From Longimicrobiales bacterium (GTDB lineage Bacteria; Gemmatimonadota; Gemmatimonadetes; Longimicrobiales; Gaopeijiaceae): a stretch of DNA of 64,000 bases. Below, piece by piece: positions 39,718-48,625 of the stretch. Position numbers and translations under genes: made by a program. Where the stretch lies: the NCBI GenBank assembly GCA_965238005.1, contig OZ250165.1:4064001-4128000 (forward strand), read 5' to 3'. Each line of letters begins with the position of its first letter. Position 1 is the first letter of the stretch. The notes below the pieces were generated by a model. The model saw nothing but the letters and a program-made list of their open reading frames with translations. It ran no database searches and was not told the DNA's origin.

Positions 39718-40622
39718 GCCTGGGCCTTCCTCCCAAGCTCAAGGCCTCCATTCAGCGCTGCCTCACCGAGAGTAGCGGGCAAGCCGTCGAAGTACTCGAG
39801 GCGAGCCCCATGACCGGCGGGTGCATCCATCGCAGCGTCAGGCTCTCCACGGACATGGGAGAGAGCTTCTTCCTCAAGTGGAGCCCGGACCCCGGAGAGG
39901 ATGACTTCCTCCCCGAGGCCGACGGCCTAGAGGCCCTCGCCGCCTCAGGGGGCCCAACAGTCCCTGAAGTGATCGGGTATTCGCCTCCGGCCGAGACACC
40001 CTCGTGGCTCCTGCTCGAGTTCGTCTCCCACGGCCGCCCGGCACCCGACTACTGGGAGGCACTGGGGCGAGGCCTGGCGGATCTGCACGGGATCCGACCG
40101 GAGCCGTACGGCTGGGACCGTCCCAACTACATCGGCTCTTTGCCGCAAGCCAAGGACGTGACGGACGATTGGGAGGTATTCTGGTGGACTCGGCGGCTCC
40201 TTCCACAGCTGACGCTGGCGCGAGAAGAAAATCGTCTTCCCGGCCGCCGGGACGAATGGGAGCTCCTGGAGTCGAGGCTCCCGAGCCTCCTTCCTGCCGC
40301 CGCCCTCGGGTCGTCCCTCCTGCACGGCGACCTTTGGAGCGGCAACGTCTTTCCTGGTCCGTCGGGCGAGCCGATCCTGGTGGATCCAGCCGTCTACAGG
40401 GGCCACGCGGAGGTCGATCTGGCCATGACCGAGCTCTTCGGCGGCTTTCCGGCTTCATTCTACTCCGCCTATGAGGCCGTCCGTCCCCTCGCGGGCGGTT
40501 ACCGGGAGATCCGGAGACCCCTGTACCAGCTGTACCCACTGCTGGTCCATGTGAACCTCTTCGGTAAATCCTACGTGGACGCTACGTCCCGGGCCCTACG
40601 GCAGGTCCTTCGAAACGTCTGA
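39714..40622 (+). CDS. Fructosamine kinase family protein
   Basis: LLHGDLWSGN, DPAVY.GHAEVDLAM, LYPLLVH.NLFG. Confidence 0.93.
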   Translation: MSLGLPPKLKASIQRCLTESSGQAVEVLEASPMTGGCIHRSVRLSTDMGESFFLKWSPDPGEDDFLPEADGLEALAASGGPTVPEVIGYSPPAETPSWLLLEFVSHGRPAPDYWEALGRGLADLHGIRPEPYGWDRPNYIGSLPQAKDVTDDWEVFWWTRRLLPQLTLAREENRLPGRRDEWELLESRLPSLLPAAALGSSLLHGDLWSGNVFPGPSGEPILVDPAVYRGHAEVDLAMTELFGGFPASFYSAYEAVRPLAGGYREIRRPLYQLYPLLVHVNLFGKSYVDATSRALRQVLRNV

Positions 40623-40674
40623 TGCCCGGCGTCCGGGTGTGGCTTCCGTCCGAAGTCCGATCTGGTTGACCCGG

Positions 40675-41883
40675 TCACCCGGCCACCGACGCCGACTCCT
40701 GGATGGCGCCGGCGACCCTCTCGAGAGCCGTCTGGAGCAGCTCGTCCGATGTGGCAAAGCTGATACGCACATATCGGTCGTCGCCGAACGCCACGCCGGG
40801 AACCATGGCCACACCCGTCTCCTCCAGGAGCCAGGAGCAGAGATCGGCGGAGCCCGAGATTTCGCCTCGGAAGAGCGAGTCGACCCTTATGAAGAAGTAG
40901 AACGCGCCGGTGGGCTCCACGAACGGAAGCTCCGGGAGGAGCTCTCGCACGAGCGCAACGACCAGATCTCTCCGACGCCGAAACGCCACGACCATCTTCT
41001 GGGCCGCCTCACGAGCTCGTGCCGGATCGCCGAAGGCGCTCAGTGCAGCCATCTGAGAGGGCGTCGCCGCATTCGAGGTGGTGTGGCTCTGGAGAGCGCT
41101 CAGCTTGCGCGCCGTCTCCACGTCTGAGTACGAGAAGCCGATCCGCCATCCCGTCATGGCGAAGCTCTTCGAGGCGCCGTCGATGAGCACGTGCCGCCCC
41201 ACCGACGCTTCCGGCAGCTCGAGGATGCTCGGGGCGGTGGCCCGATCGTCACCGAAATAGATCTCGCGGTAGATCTCGTCGGCCAGAATGCATACGTCCC
41301 GATCTCTGGCCCACTCCGTTATGGCCTGCAGCTCGCCGTGGGAATAGACCGCTCCCGTGGGATTACAGGGGGAGCACAGAATGAGCCCCTCCGTGCGGTC
41401 GGTATACCCGGAGTCGAGATCGTCCGGCGTCAAGAGGAAGTTCCGATCGGGACTCCCCGATACCGTGACCGAGTCCGCCCGGGTGAGGGACACGATCTGG
41501 GGGTAGCTCGTCCAGTATGGCGTCGCCACGAGAACCTCGTCGCCCGGTCCGAAGAGGGCGAAGGCCGCGTTGAACAGGGATTGCTTCGCTCCTGATCCAA
41601 CGACCACACCCTCCCAGTCGATGGGGCGGCCAGCCAACGGCTCGAGGTATCCGGCGATGGCACGTCTGAGGTCCGGCATTCCCGCCACAGGGGTGTAACG
41701 GGTCTTGCCCGCACGGATGCCCTCGACGGCCGCGTCCGAGATCCACCCGGGGGTGTCGAAGTCGGGCTCGCCGGCGCTGAGGTCGATGATGTCGCGGCCT
41801 TCGGCCCGGAGGCGCTTGGCCAACGAGCTTACGGCGATGGTGGCCGAGGGCTGGAGTCGGGAGATGTTAGGGCTGTAATCCAT
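40675..41883 (-). CDS. Aspartate aminotransferase (class I PLP)
   Basis: GEPDF, SPCNPTG, DEIY, SKSFAMTGWRIG. Confidence 0.93.
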   Translation of the reverse strand: MDYSPNISRLQPSATIAVSSLAKRLRAEGRDIIDLSAGEPDFDTPGWISDAAVEGIRAGKTRYTPVAGMPDLRRAIAGYLEPLAGRPIDWEGVVVGSGAKQSLFNAAFALFGPGDEVLVATPYWTSYPQIVSLTRADSVTVSGSPDRNFLLTPDDLDSGYTDRTEGLILCSPCNPTGAVYSHGELQAITEWARDRDVCILADEIYREIYFGDDRATAPSILELPEASVGRHVLIDGASKSFAMTGWRIGFSYSDVETARKLSALQSHTTSNAATPSQMAALSAFGDPARAREAAQKMVVAFRRRRDLVVALVRELLPELPFVEPTGAFYFFIRVDSLFRGEISGSADLCSWLLEETGVAMVPGVAFGDDRYVRISFATSDELLQTALERVAGAIQESASVAG

Positions 41884-42014
41884 CCGGGGAATATCGAGGA
41901 AGGTCATCCCTCGATCAAGTGAGGTCCGCGACACCCCGGAGTCGCGGAATCGGGCTTTGTTCGCGGGCCGACCGCGAGCTTGATCACGCCCACCGCGAGC
42001 GGCAGGTTTCACCT

Positions 42015-42602
42015 GTGAACGAGCGCGCACAGGTCGTCTTCTACTTCGACTACGTCGACCCCGGATCCTACGTTATGGACGTACAGCTGGCGCGGCTTCT
42101 GCCCCCCGCAGTCGAGGTTGCCCGTCACCCGTTCGAGCTTCGCCCACCGCCCGAAGCCCTCATGGATCCGGGGAGCCCGGAATGGAGGACGTATCGGCAG
42201 TCCGTGACGGAACTCGCCGCGGCAGTCAAGCTCAGTCTGGCCTCCCCCGATTTCATGCCCTGGACCCGCAAGGCCCATGAGCTCAGGCTGCACGCCGCCG
42301 AGAAGGGCCTGGAGGGCCCCATCCACGACGCACTCTTTAAGGCACGATTCGAGGACGGGGCGGACATCGGGCGCGTCGACGTTCTGGTGGGTCTGGCGGC
42401 GGGCTTGGGCCTGGATCTGACCGAAACCAAAGCCGTGCTCGACGTGGACCGCTATGCGGATCGGGTCGCGCAGCTGAGACGCCTAGCGGAGGCAGAGGGT
42501 GTAGAGCGCACGCCTACCGTCCACATCGGCTCCGAGCGCCTTGAAGGTCCGCTGCGGATCGACGACCTTCGAGGGCTCTTGGAGGCGGCGCGTCTCGTGT
42601 AG
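42015..42602 (+). CDS. DsbA/FrnE-like thioredoxin-fold protein lacking CxxC
   Basis: YFDYVDPGSY, PFELRP, TRKAH, GVERTPT. Confidence 0.8.
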   Translation: MNERAQVVFYFDYVDPGSYVMDVQLARLLPPAVEVARHPFELRPPPEALMDPGSPEWRTYRQSVTELAAAVKLSLASPDFMPWTRKAHELRLHAAEKGLEGPIHDALFKARFEDGADIGRVDVLVGLAAGLGLDLTETKAVLDVDRYADRVAQLRRLAEAEGVERTPTVHIGSERLEGPLRIDDLRGLLEAARLV

Positions 42603-42660
42603 TTCGAGGGTTACGTGACGTGGCGGAAGTACCGCACGAGCCAATACAGAGGGGCACTCC

Positions 42661-42963
42661 ATGGCAGGTTATCAGCGCAAGACGGCTCTCTCACCATCGG
42701 AAGTCTTGTCGAAGGCCGAGGAGCTGCTTCCCGAGTGGATCGGCCTCACCAAATCGAAGAGCTCGACCCATGGTGCCACGTACACGGGCAACGAGGGCAC
42801 GGTCACGCTCACGGCCCATCGTCACGGCCCTTACACCGAGGTAGTCGCGTCCAGTGATCGACTGCGGACCTCCCGCATGGACTACGAGATCCAGAAGTTC
42901 CTGACCCAGCTTCCGTACGAGCCGGGGGACGCCGGTGGACGGGGATCCGGGGACCCTTCGTGA
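42661..42963 (+). CDS. Hypothetical protein
   Basis: 100-aa ORF with GAGGGG RBS; stop overlaps the next GTG start. Confidence 0.75.
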   Translation: MAGYQRKTALSPSEVLSKAEELLPEWIGLTKSKSSTHGATYTGNEGTVTLTAHRHGPYTEVVASSDRLRTSRMDYEIQKFLTQLPYEPGDAGGRGSGDPS

Positions 42964-44558
42964 CCCACTCCTTCGAAGATCTGGAGGTCATGCCGGAGCT
43001 GGTCGAGGCGCTGGCGGCCGAAGGGCTAGAGGAGCCTACCGAGTTTCAGCGAGCCGCCATTCCGGTCATGCGCCGGGGCAACAACCTTCTCGGGGCCGTC
43101 GGCCCTGGAGCCGGAACCCTGGTCGCCTACGGAGTTGCTCTCCTGGGGCGCATCGTGGCTGGGGCCGGACGGCCTGGAGCCGTCGTCCTCACCGCCACGA
43201 GCGAAGCCGCCACGGCCCTCGCCGAGTCCCTAGGACGGATCGCCCTCTCCACGGGCCACTCGCTCGGAGCGCTGGGAGGGGCGTGGGCCCTGCCCGAACG
43301 GACGGACGTCCTCTTCGGAACTCCACGAGAAATCCGAGCGGCGGTCGACGGTTCTCGGCTTACCCTCGAGGGTGTCCAGACCGTGGTCGTGGACGGAGCG
43401 AGCGCGATCGAGGCGGCCTCAGGGTTGGATTCCGTGAGCGCCCTCTTCGAGTATCTTGCGACCGGAACCCAGAGAATCGTCCTCAGCCTGCCGGTCACAC
43501 ATTCGGTCGAGACGCTCGTCTCGACACGCGTGCCCAAGGCGGTCCAGGTCCCGCCCCGCCCCATCGCCGAGGAGCAGGAGGCGCGGTCGCCGGATAGGGG
43601 GGAGCTGTGCTTCCGAGTCACCGGCGAAGACAAGGTGGAGGCCCTCCTCAGACTCGTGGCCGAGCTCTTAGCAAACGAGGCCCGGCACGTTCTGGTGTTC
43701 TGCCGCTCCGAGGACCGCGTCGCGGATGTCGCAGACTTTTTGGCCCTCCACGGCTACATGGCCGGGTCACCGGGAGACGACTCGCTTCCCCTATGGCTGA
43801 CCGTGGCACCGCTACAGGCCCGTCAGGCCCTGGCAAGCCTCGACTCACCGGAAGACGTGTCGACCGTCAGTCTGGACTGTCCGCCCGACGTGGACACCCT
43901 GGACCGACGCCACGGAGCCGGCGGCCAGGCCACGGTGTTACTCCTCTCGCGAGAAGTCCCCCACTTCAGGGACACGGCCCGGCGTGCCGGATACGGCGTC
44001 CGCCCCCTTCCGCCACCGCCGACGGTGGTAGAGGACCGCATCGGCGAGATCCGTCAACGACTGGTGGACGCAGTGAAACGGGAAGATCTCGCGCCCCACT
44101 TCCTGATCCTAGAGCCTCTCCTGGAACGCTTCAGCCCTCAGGAGCTCGCCGCCGCCGCCCTGGCTCTACTGTCCCGGCCAACCACTGCCACCGACGCCCA
44201 CCCGGCCGCCAAGGCCAGAGCCCAGAAGGCCACAGGGACCGACGGCTGGACGCGCCTCTTTGTCAGCGTCGGAGAGATGGAGGGCGTGAAGCCCGGCAAC
44301 CTCCTAGGGACGCTGGCCGGTGAGTCGGGCGTGGACGGATCCAACTTCGGGAAGATCGAGATTCGAGACACGTACTCGCTGGTGGAGGTGCGGCCCTCGG
44401 AGGCTGAGAAAGTCATCAAGGCGGTCAACGGCCTGAGTATCCGAGGACGCAGCACCCGGGTTGACTACGATCGGGGCGCGGGGAGTAAGGGCAGCAAGCC
44501 CGGAACTCGGGGGGGAACACACCCTCAGCCCCGCAGATCCGAGGATCCACGGGGCTGA
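42960..44558 (+). CDS. Degenerate DEAD-box (CsdA-like) helicase homologue with DbpA RNA-binding domain
   Basis: Q motif PTEFQ and LVFC retained; C-terminal RLFVSVG..G.KPG..GKIEI..YSLVEV; ATPase motifs altered. Confidence 0.85.
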   Translation: MTHSFEDLEVMPELVEALAAEGLEEPTEFQRAAIPVMRRGNNLLGAVGPGAGTLVAYGVALLGRIVAGAGRPGAVVLTATSEAATALAESLGRIALSTGHSLGALGGAWALPERTDVLFGTPREIRAAVDGSRLTLEGVQTVVVDGASAIEAASGLDSVSALFEYLATGTQRIVLSLPVTHSVETLVSTRVPKAVQVPPRPIAEEQEARSPDRGELCFRVTGEDKVEALLRLVAELLANEARHVLVFCRSEDRVADVADFLALHGYMAGSPGDDSLPLWLTVAPLQARQALASLDSPEDVSTVSLDCPPDVDTLDRRHGAGGQATVLLLSREVPHFRDTARRAGYGVRPLPPPPTVVEDRIGEIRQRLVDAVKREDLAPHFLILEPLLERFSPQELAAAALALLSRPTTATDAHPAAKARAQKATGTDGWTRLFVSVGEMEGVKPGNLLGTLAGESGVDGSNFGKIEIRDTYSLVEVRPSEAEKVIKAVNGLSIRGRSTRVDYDRGAGSKGSKPGTRGGTHPQPRRSEDPRG

Positions 44559-44565
44559 AACTAGG

Positions 44566-44603
44566 AGAGGCCACGCCCCCTGACCGCGTCGGGCGTGGCC
44601 TCT
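44566..44603. terminator. Hairpin between convergent genes
   Basis: AGAGGCCACGCCC...GGGCGTGGCCTCT. Confidence 0.65.
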
Positions 44604-44647
44604 ATCCGATCCTTATCCTCAGGGGGGCTAACCCGCCTGGGCCGTTC

Positions 44648-44932
44648 CTACAACTGGATGGCGTCTTTGAAACCCTTACCGGCGCGGAAGCCGGGGGTCT
44701 TCGAAGCCGGAATGTGAATCGTAGCGCCTGTACGAGGATTCCTGCCCATACGGGCCCTGCGGTGTTTCGCCTCGAACGTACCAAAGCCTGTGATCTGAAC
44801 GCGTCTGTCCATCCTCAGGGCCCCGGCGATGATGCCGCGTCCGCCAAAGAGTGCGTCCATGGCCCGAGAGGCGTCGGCCTTGGTCATGCCGGCGCGGTCG
44901 GCAAGGGCGGCTACCAGATCGGATTTGTTCAT
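44648..44932 (-). CDS. hup: DNA-binding protein HU
   Basis: MNKSDLV, GFGTF, GRNPRTG, PGFRAGK. Confidence 0.95.
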   Translation of the reverse strand: MNKSDLVAALADRAGMTKADASRAMDALFGGRGIIAGALRMDRRVQITGFGTFEAKHRRARMGRNPRTGATIHIPASKTPGFRAGKGFKDAIQL

Positions 44933-45084
44933 TGCGTTGCTCCTCAAATGGTGTGATGAGATACGGATCACGGCCTCTGCTGGCCTTCATCGAGCCCCGA
45001 ACGGGGTTCTCACGGCTCGGGCCTATCGCGCGAGGATTTGAGCAAGTGGGACACGACTGATTCGGGCGAGCTTCGGTCTCGTCT

Positions 45085-45113
45085 AGAGTAAGGCCCCCCC
45101 CTTTGGCCGTCAA
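45085..45113 (-). promoter_or_regulatory. Sigma70 promoter for hup
   Basis: Minus strand TTGACG-N17-TACTCT. Confidence 0.65.
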
Positions 45114-45483
45114 GAGAAAATTCGCTGAAAACCCGCATCCTGCCTAGCTTCTGATGGAATCCGGGGTTCGCCGGCACTTCTCCACCGTTTTCAGGAGGCC
45201 TACTGAGCGATGCGAGTGTTCATCCCGCGCTTCCTGGGAGCCCTTGCTTACCTGGTCGGGCTCACCCTGGTCGGGGGCGTGGGCTACACCATCATCGAAG
45301 GGTGGGGGATCCACGATGCCCTCTACATGAGCGTCATCACCATCACGGCCGTGGGCTACTCGGAGGTGCTGCCCCTTTCCGAGCTCGGAAGGGACTTCAC
45401 CATGGTCCTCCTGGCGGCCGGAATCACCGGAGTGGGTATTTGGTTCGCCCTGATCACTTCGTTCATCGTCGAGTTCGACCTAG

Positions 45484-47085
45484 GAGTCTGCGCCGCAGAA
45501 CCCTGCGGCGGCTATCTTTGGTGGTAGCGAAGGCATTGGGAAGGCTTGCGGATCACCGAGGGGGGTGAATGGGAACGACATTTCGACCGTACGATCCGGA
45601 GCAGATGTTGTTGCTGCCTCCGGATCTTCGGGAGTGGGTGTCGGAGGGTCATTTGGCGCACCATGTGAGCGACCTGGTGGACGCGGTGGAGCTGAGCGCG
45701 TTCTACGGGCGGTACCGGGGGGACGGGCGGCGCAACTCGCCGTACGACCCTCGGATGATGGTCAAGGTGCTGATCTACGCGTATGCGACGGGCACCTTCT
45801 CGTCGCGGAAGATGGCGAGGAAGCTGGAGGAGGATGTCGCGTTTCGGATGCTGGCGGCGGAGAACTTCCCGAAGCACCGGACGCTGTGCGAGTTCCGCAA
45901 GCGCCATCTCGGGGATTTCCGGGCGGTGTTTGTGGAGGTGGTGATGCTCGCGCGGGCCTTGGGGCTGGCGGGGCTTGGCAGGGTGTCGGTGGACGGGACG
46001 AAGGTTCGGGCGAACGCGAACAAGCGCAAGGCGATGAGCTACGGCCGGATGGTGACCGGGGAGCCTCGGCTGGAGGCGGAGATCCGGGGGCTGTTGGAGA
46101 GGGCCGAGGCGGTGGACGAAGCGGAAGACGAGCGCTACGGCGAGGAAGCATGCGGAGACGAGGTGCCGGAGGAGCTCAAGCGGCGCGAGGACCGGCTGGC
46201 GGCGATCCGGGAGGCGAAGGCGCGCCTGGAAGCCGAGCAGAGAGCGGCGGACGACGCACGGGGCCGCAAGCCGGGGCAGACGCGCAACCCGAAGGGCGGC
46301 AGGCCCTACAAGCGGGAGTACGGAGAGCCGGACGAGGCGGCGCAGAGCAACTTCACGGACCCTGAGAGCCGGATCATGAAGACGAGTTCGGAGGGGTTCC
46401 AGCAGTGCTACAACGCACAGACGGTCGTGGAGGGGGAGAACCAGCTGGTGGTCGGGGCCGAGGTGACGGACAACGCGAGCGACCAGGGCCAGCTGGTGCC
46501 CATGGTCGACGCGGTGGCGCAAGCGTACGGCGAGACGCCGGCGCAGGTGCTGGCGGACACGGGCTATTGCAACGAGCGGGATCTCGAGGAACTGGAAGAG
46601 CGAGACATCGACGGGTATGTGGCGCTGGCCCGGGAGGGCAAGGCCGCCCCCACGGTTGACAAGGAGGAATATCCGGCGAAAGTCCGCATGGCGGAGAAGC
46701 TGGCGAGCGAAGATGGCCGCAGACGCTACGCACGGCGAAAGTCGCAGGCCGAGGCGCCCATCGGCTGGATCAAGGAAGTGATGGGCTTTCGACGATTCAG
46801 CTTCCGGGGCCTCGAGAAGGTCCGGGCCGAGTGGACCCTCGTGTGCCTGGCACTCAATGTGAAGCGGCTGCACACCCTTCAGGCGGCATGACTGCACGAG
46901 GGTTCACCCGCATCTGCCGGCGCGAGGGCTCTCGTAGCTCTCTTGCCCCCCCCAACGCATCCATTCCGCTCTCCCGATCCGTCGCAGACACAAGTCCTCA
47001 ACCTCCCAATCACCCGGATCCGCCTCGCCGCGGACGGCTCGATGACCATTCGGCTCAGTCAGCTGTGCTTCTGCGGCGCAGACTC
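45484..47085 (+). mobile_element. IS1182-family insertion sequence
   Basis: Perfect 17-bp TIR GAGTCTGCGCCGCAGAA / TTCTGCGGCGCAGACTC, flanked by CTAG direct repeats. Confidence 0.95.
45569..46891 (+). CDS. IS1182-family transposase
   Basis: YDPRMMVKVLIYAY..SSRK, DGTKVRANA, TDPESRIMK, YNAQ, AD.GY. Confidence 0.95.
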   Translation: MGTTFRPYDPEQMLLLPPDLREWVSEGHLAHHVSDLVDAVELSAFYGRYRGDGRRNSPYDPRMMVKVLIYAYATGTFSSRKMARKLEEDVAFRMLAAENFPKHRTLCEFRKRHLGDFRAVFVEVVMLARALGLAGLGRVSVDGTKVRANANKRKAMSYGRMVTGEPRLEAEIRGLLERAEAVDEAEDERYGEEACGDEVPEELKRREDRLAAIREAKARLEAEQRAADDARGRKPGQTRNPKGGRPYKREYGEPDEAAQSNFTDPESRIMKTSSEGFQQCYNAQTVVEGENQLVVGAEVTDNASDQGQLVPMVDAVAQAYGETPAQVLADTGYCNERDLEELEERDIDGYVALAREGKAAPTVDKEEYPAKVRMAEKLASEDGRRRYARRKSQAEAPIGWIKEVMGFRRFSFRGLEKVRAEWTLVCLALNVKRLHTLQAA

Positions 47086-47891
47086 CTAGGCGACGTCAGA
47101 AGGAGACACCAGATCATGCGCAGCATCGAGGCCTTGAACGACCATATCGTCCTCTGTGGAGGCGGGCGGACGGGGCGGCAGGTCATGGAGGAGCTCCAGT
47201 CCCTGGGGCAAGAGTTCGTGGTCATCGAGCGCGATCCTACAACGCGTGGAGTGGATCCACGAGCAGTACTCCGAAGTGCTCACTGTGATGGGAGACGCGA
47301 CCCTCGACGCGAACCTGACGGAGGCCGGAATCCTCAGGGCCCGTGGACTCCTCACCTGTCTGAGCGCGGACCCGGACAACGTCTTCGTGTGTCTCTCTGC
47401 CCGCCACCTGAAACCCGACATGACAATCGTGGCATGCGCGCTGGAAGAGGCGGCCCTGGACAAGCTGTACCGGGCTGGCGCCAATCACGTGGTCAGCCCC
47501 AACGTCAGTGGAGCCATCCGCATGGCCTCCATGCTCCTCCGCCCCGAGGTGGTGACATTCCTCGACATCGCCACCCGTTCCGAGGGGCTCGAGCTCCGCT
47601 TCGAGCAGGCTGCCATCCTGCCCGACTCGAAGCTGGCGGGCCTCACCCTCATGGAGGCGCGTATTCCGCAGGAGACCGGCCTGATCGTCATCGCTGTGAG
47701 GAAGCAGACAGACGAGACCGATCAGTTCGTGTTCAACCCGGTGGCCGTCACACGGCTGGAGCCGGGTGACAAGATGATCGTGCTGGGACAGCCGAAGCAG
47801 GTAGATTTGCTGCGCAAATACGTCCAGGCCTGACCACGGCGTGGGCGCGGCCGGGATATCCCCGCCGGCCGGCTCACCCTGCCCATCTGGC

Positions 47892-47930
47892 AAGAAAAAG
47901 CCCCCGGGCGCCCGACATACGGCAGGGAGC
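47892..47930 (-). terminator. Intrinsic terminator
   Basis: Minus strand GCTCCC..GGGGGC followed by TTTTTCT, just after the 47934 stop. Confidence 0.5.
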
Positions 47931-47933
47931 CGA

Positions 47934-48119
47934 TCAGTCGTCGGCGTCCTCGGTCTTACGGCGGCAACGCTTGAACAGCGTCAACACCGCGTAGCCGACC
48001 AACATGATGAGGGCCAGCTTGAGCAACGCTCCCACCATCGGGAAGAACAATATGCCCAGCACCTTCCAGAGAACCACGCCCGAGAAGCTCAGCAAGGCGA
48101 CTTGACCAAGCATCCTCAT
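47934..48119 (-). CDS. Small two-TM membrane protein
   Basis: MRMLGQVALL..; GGGAGG RBS; two hydrophobic helices and a charged tail. Confidence 0.65.
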   Translation of the reverse strand: MRMLGQVALLSFSGVVLWKVLGILFFPMVGALLKLALIMLVGYAVLTLFKRCRRKTEDADD

Positions 48120-48286
48120 CTCGACCTCCCACTCCATGTAACTGCGACGACAGTGGTGTCCCCTACGGGCTGGCCAGAAACAGAGTTTCACGGGTGGAGG
48201 CGACCGGCGCGCCGCGGACTCTGCTGACTTGGACGAAAGAGGGCCGGGAGGGTTGGCTGTGGCGCCTTCGGGCACCGGGACCGATT

Positions 48287-48502
48287 CTACTTGTACCGGT
48301 AGGTCACACGGCCCTTGCTCAGGTCGTAGGGTGACAGCTCGACCTTCACCCGATCTCCCTCGAGGACGCGGATGTAGTGCTGCCTCATCTTGCCCGAGAG
48401 ATACGCCAGCACCTCGTGCCCGTTCTCCAACTCCACCCTGAACCTGGCGTTGGGGAGGACCTCGCTTACGGTCCCTTCGATCTCGATCGCTTCTTTCGCC
48501 AC
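48287..48502 (-). CDS. infA: Translation initiation factor IF-1
   Basis: [31 protein letters not shown]. Confidence 0.98.
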   Translation of the reverse strand: MAKEAIEIEGTVSEVLPNARFRVELENGHEVLAYLSGKMRQHYIRVLEGDRVKVELSPYDLSKGRVTYRYK

Positions 48503-48625
48503 TCGGTCTCACATCCGATCAGCTGATGGAACCCAGAGGATAGCACGCCCTCATAGGGCGAGCAACGGCCCCTGGAAGTGTCGGTCGTCCGGCCCGACAC
48601 ACAGGTCGACAACCGTGCCAGGCTC

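Larger units (their letters stand above)
45210..47833 (+). pseudogene. Potassium channel (Kch/MthK-like, RCK domains) interrupted by IS plus a frameshift
   Basis: TITAVGYSE filter-like motif; rejoined EFDLGDVRRR..CGGGRTG; GDAT; TrkA_C domain; extra frameshift near 47238. Confidence 0.9.
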
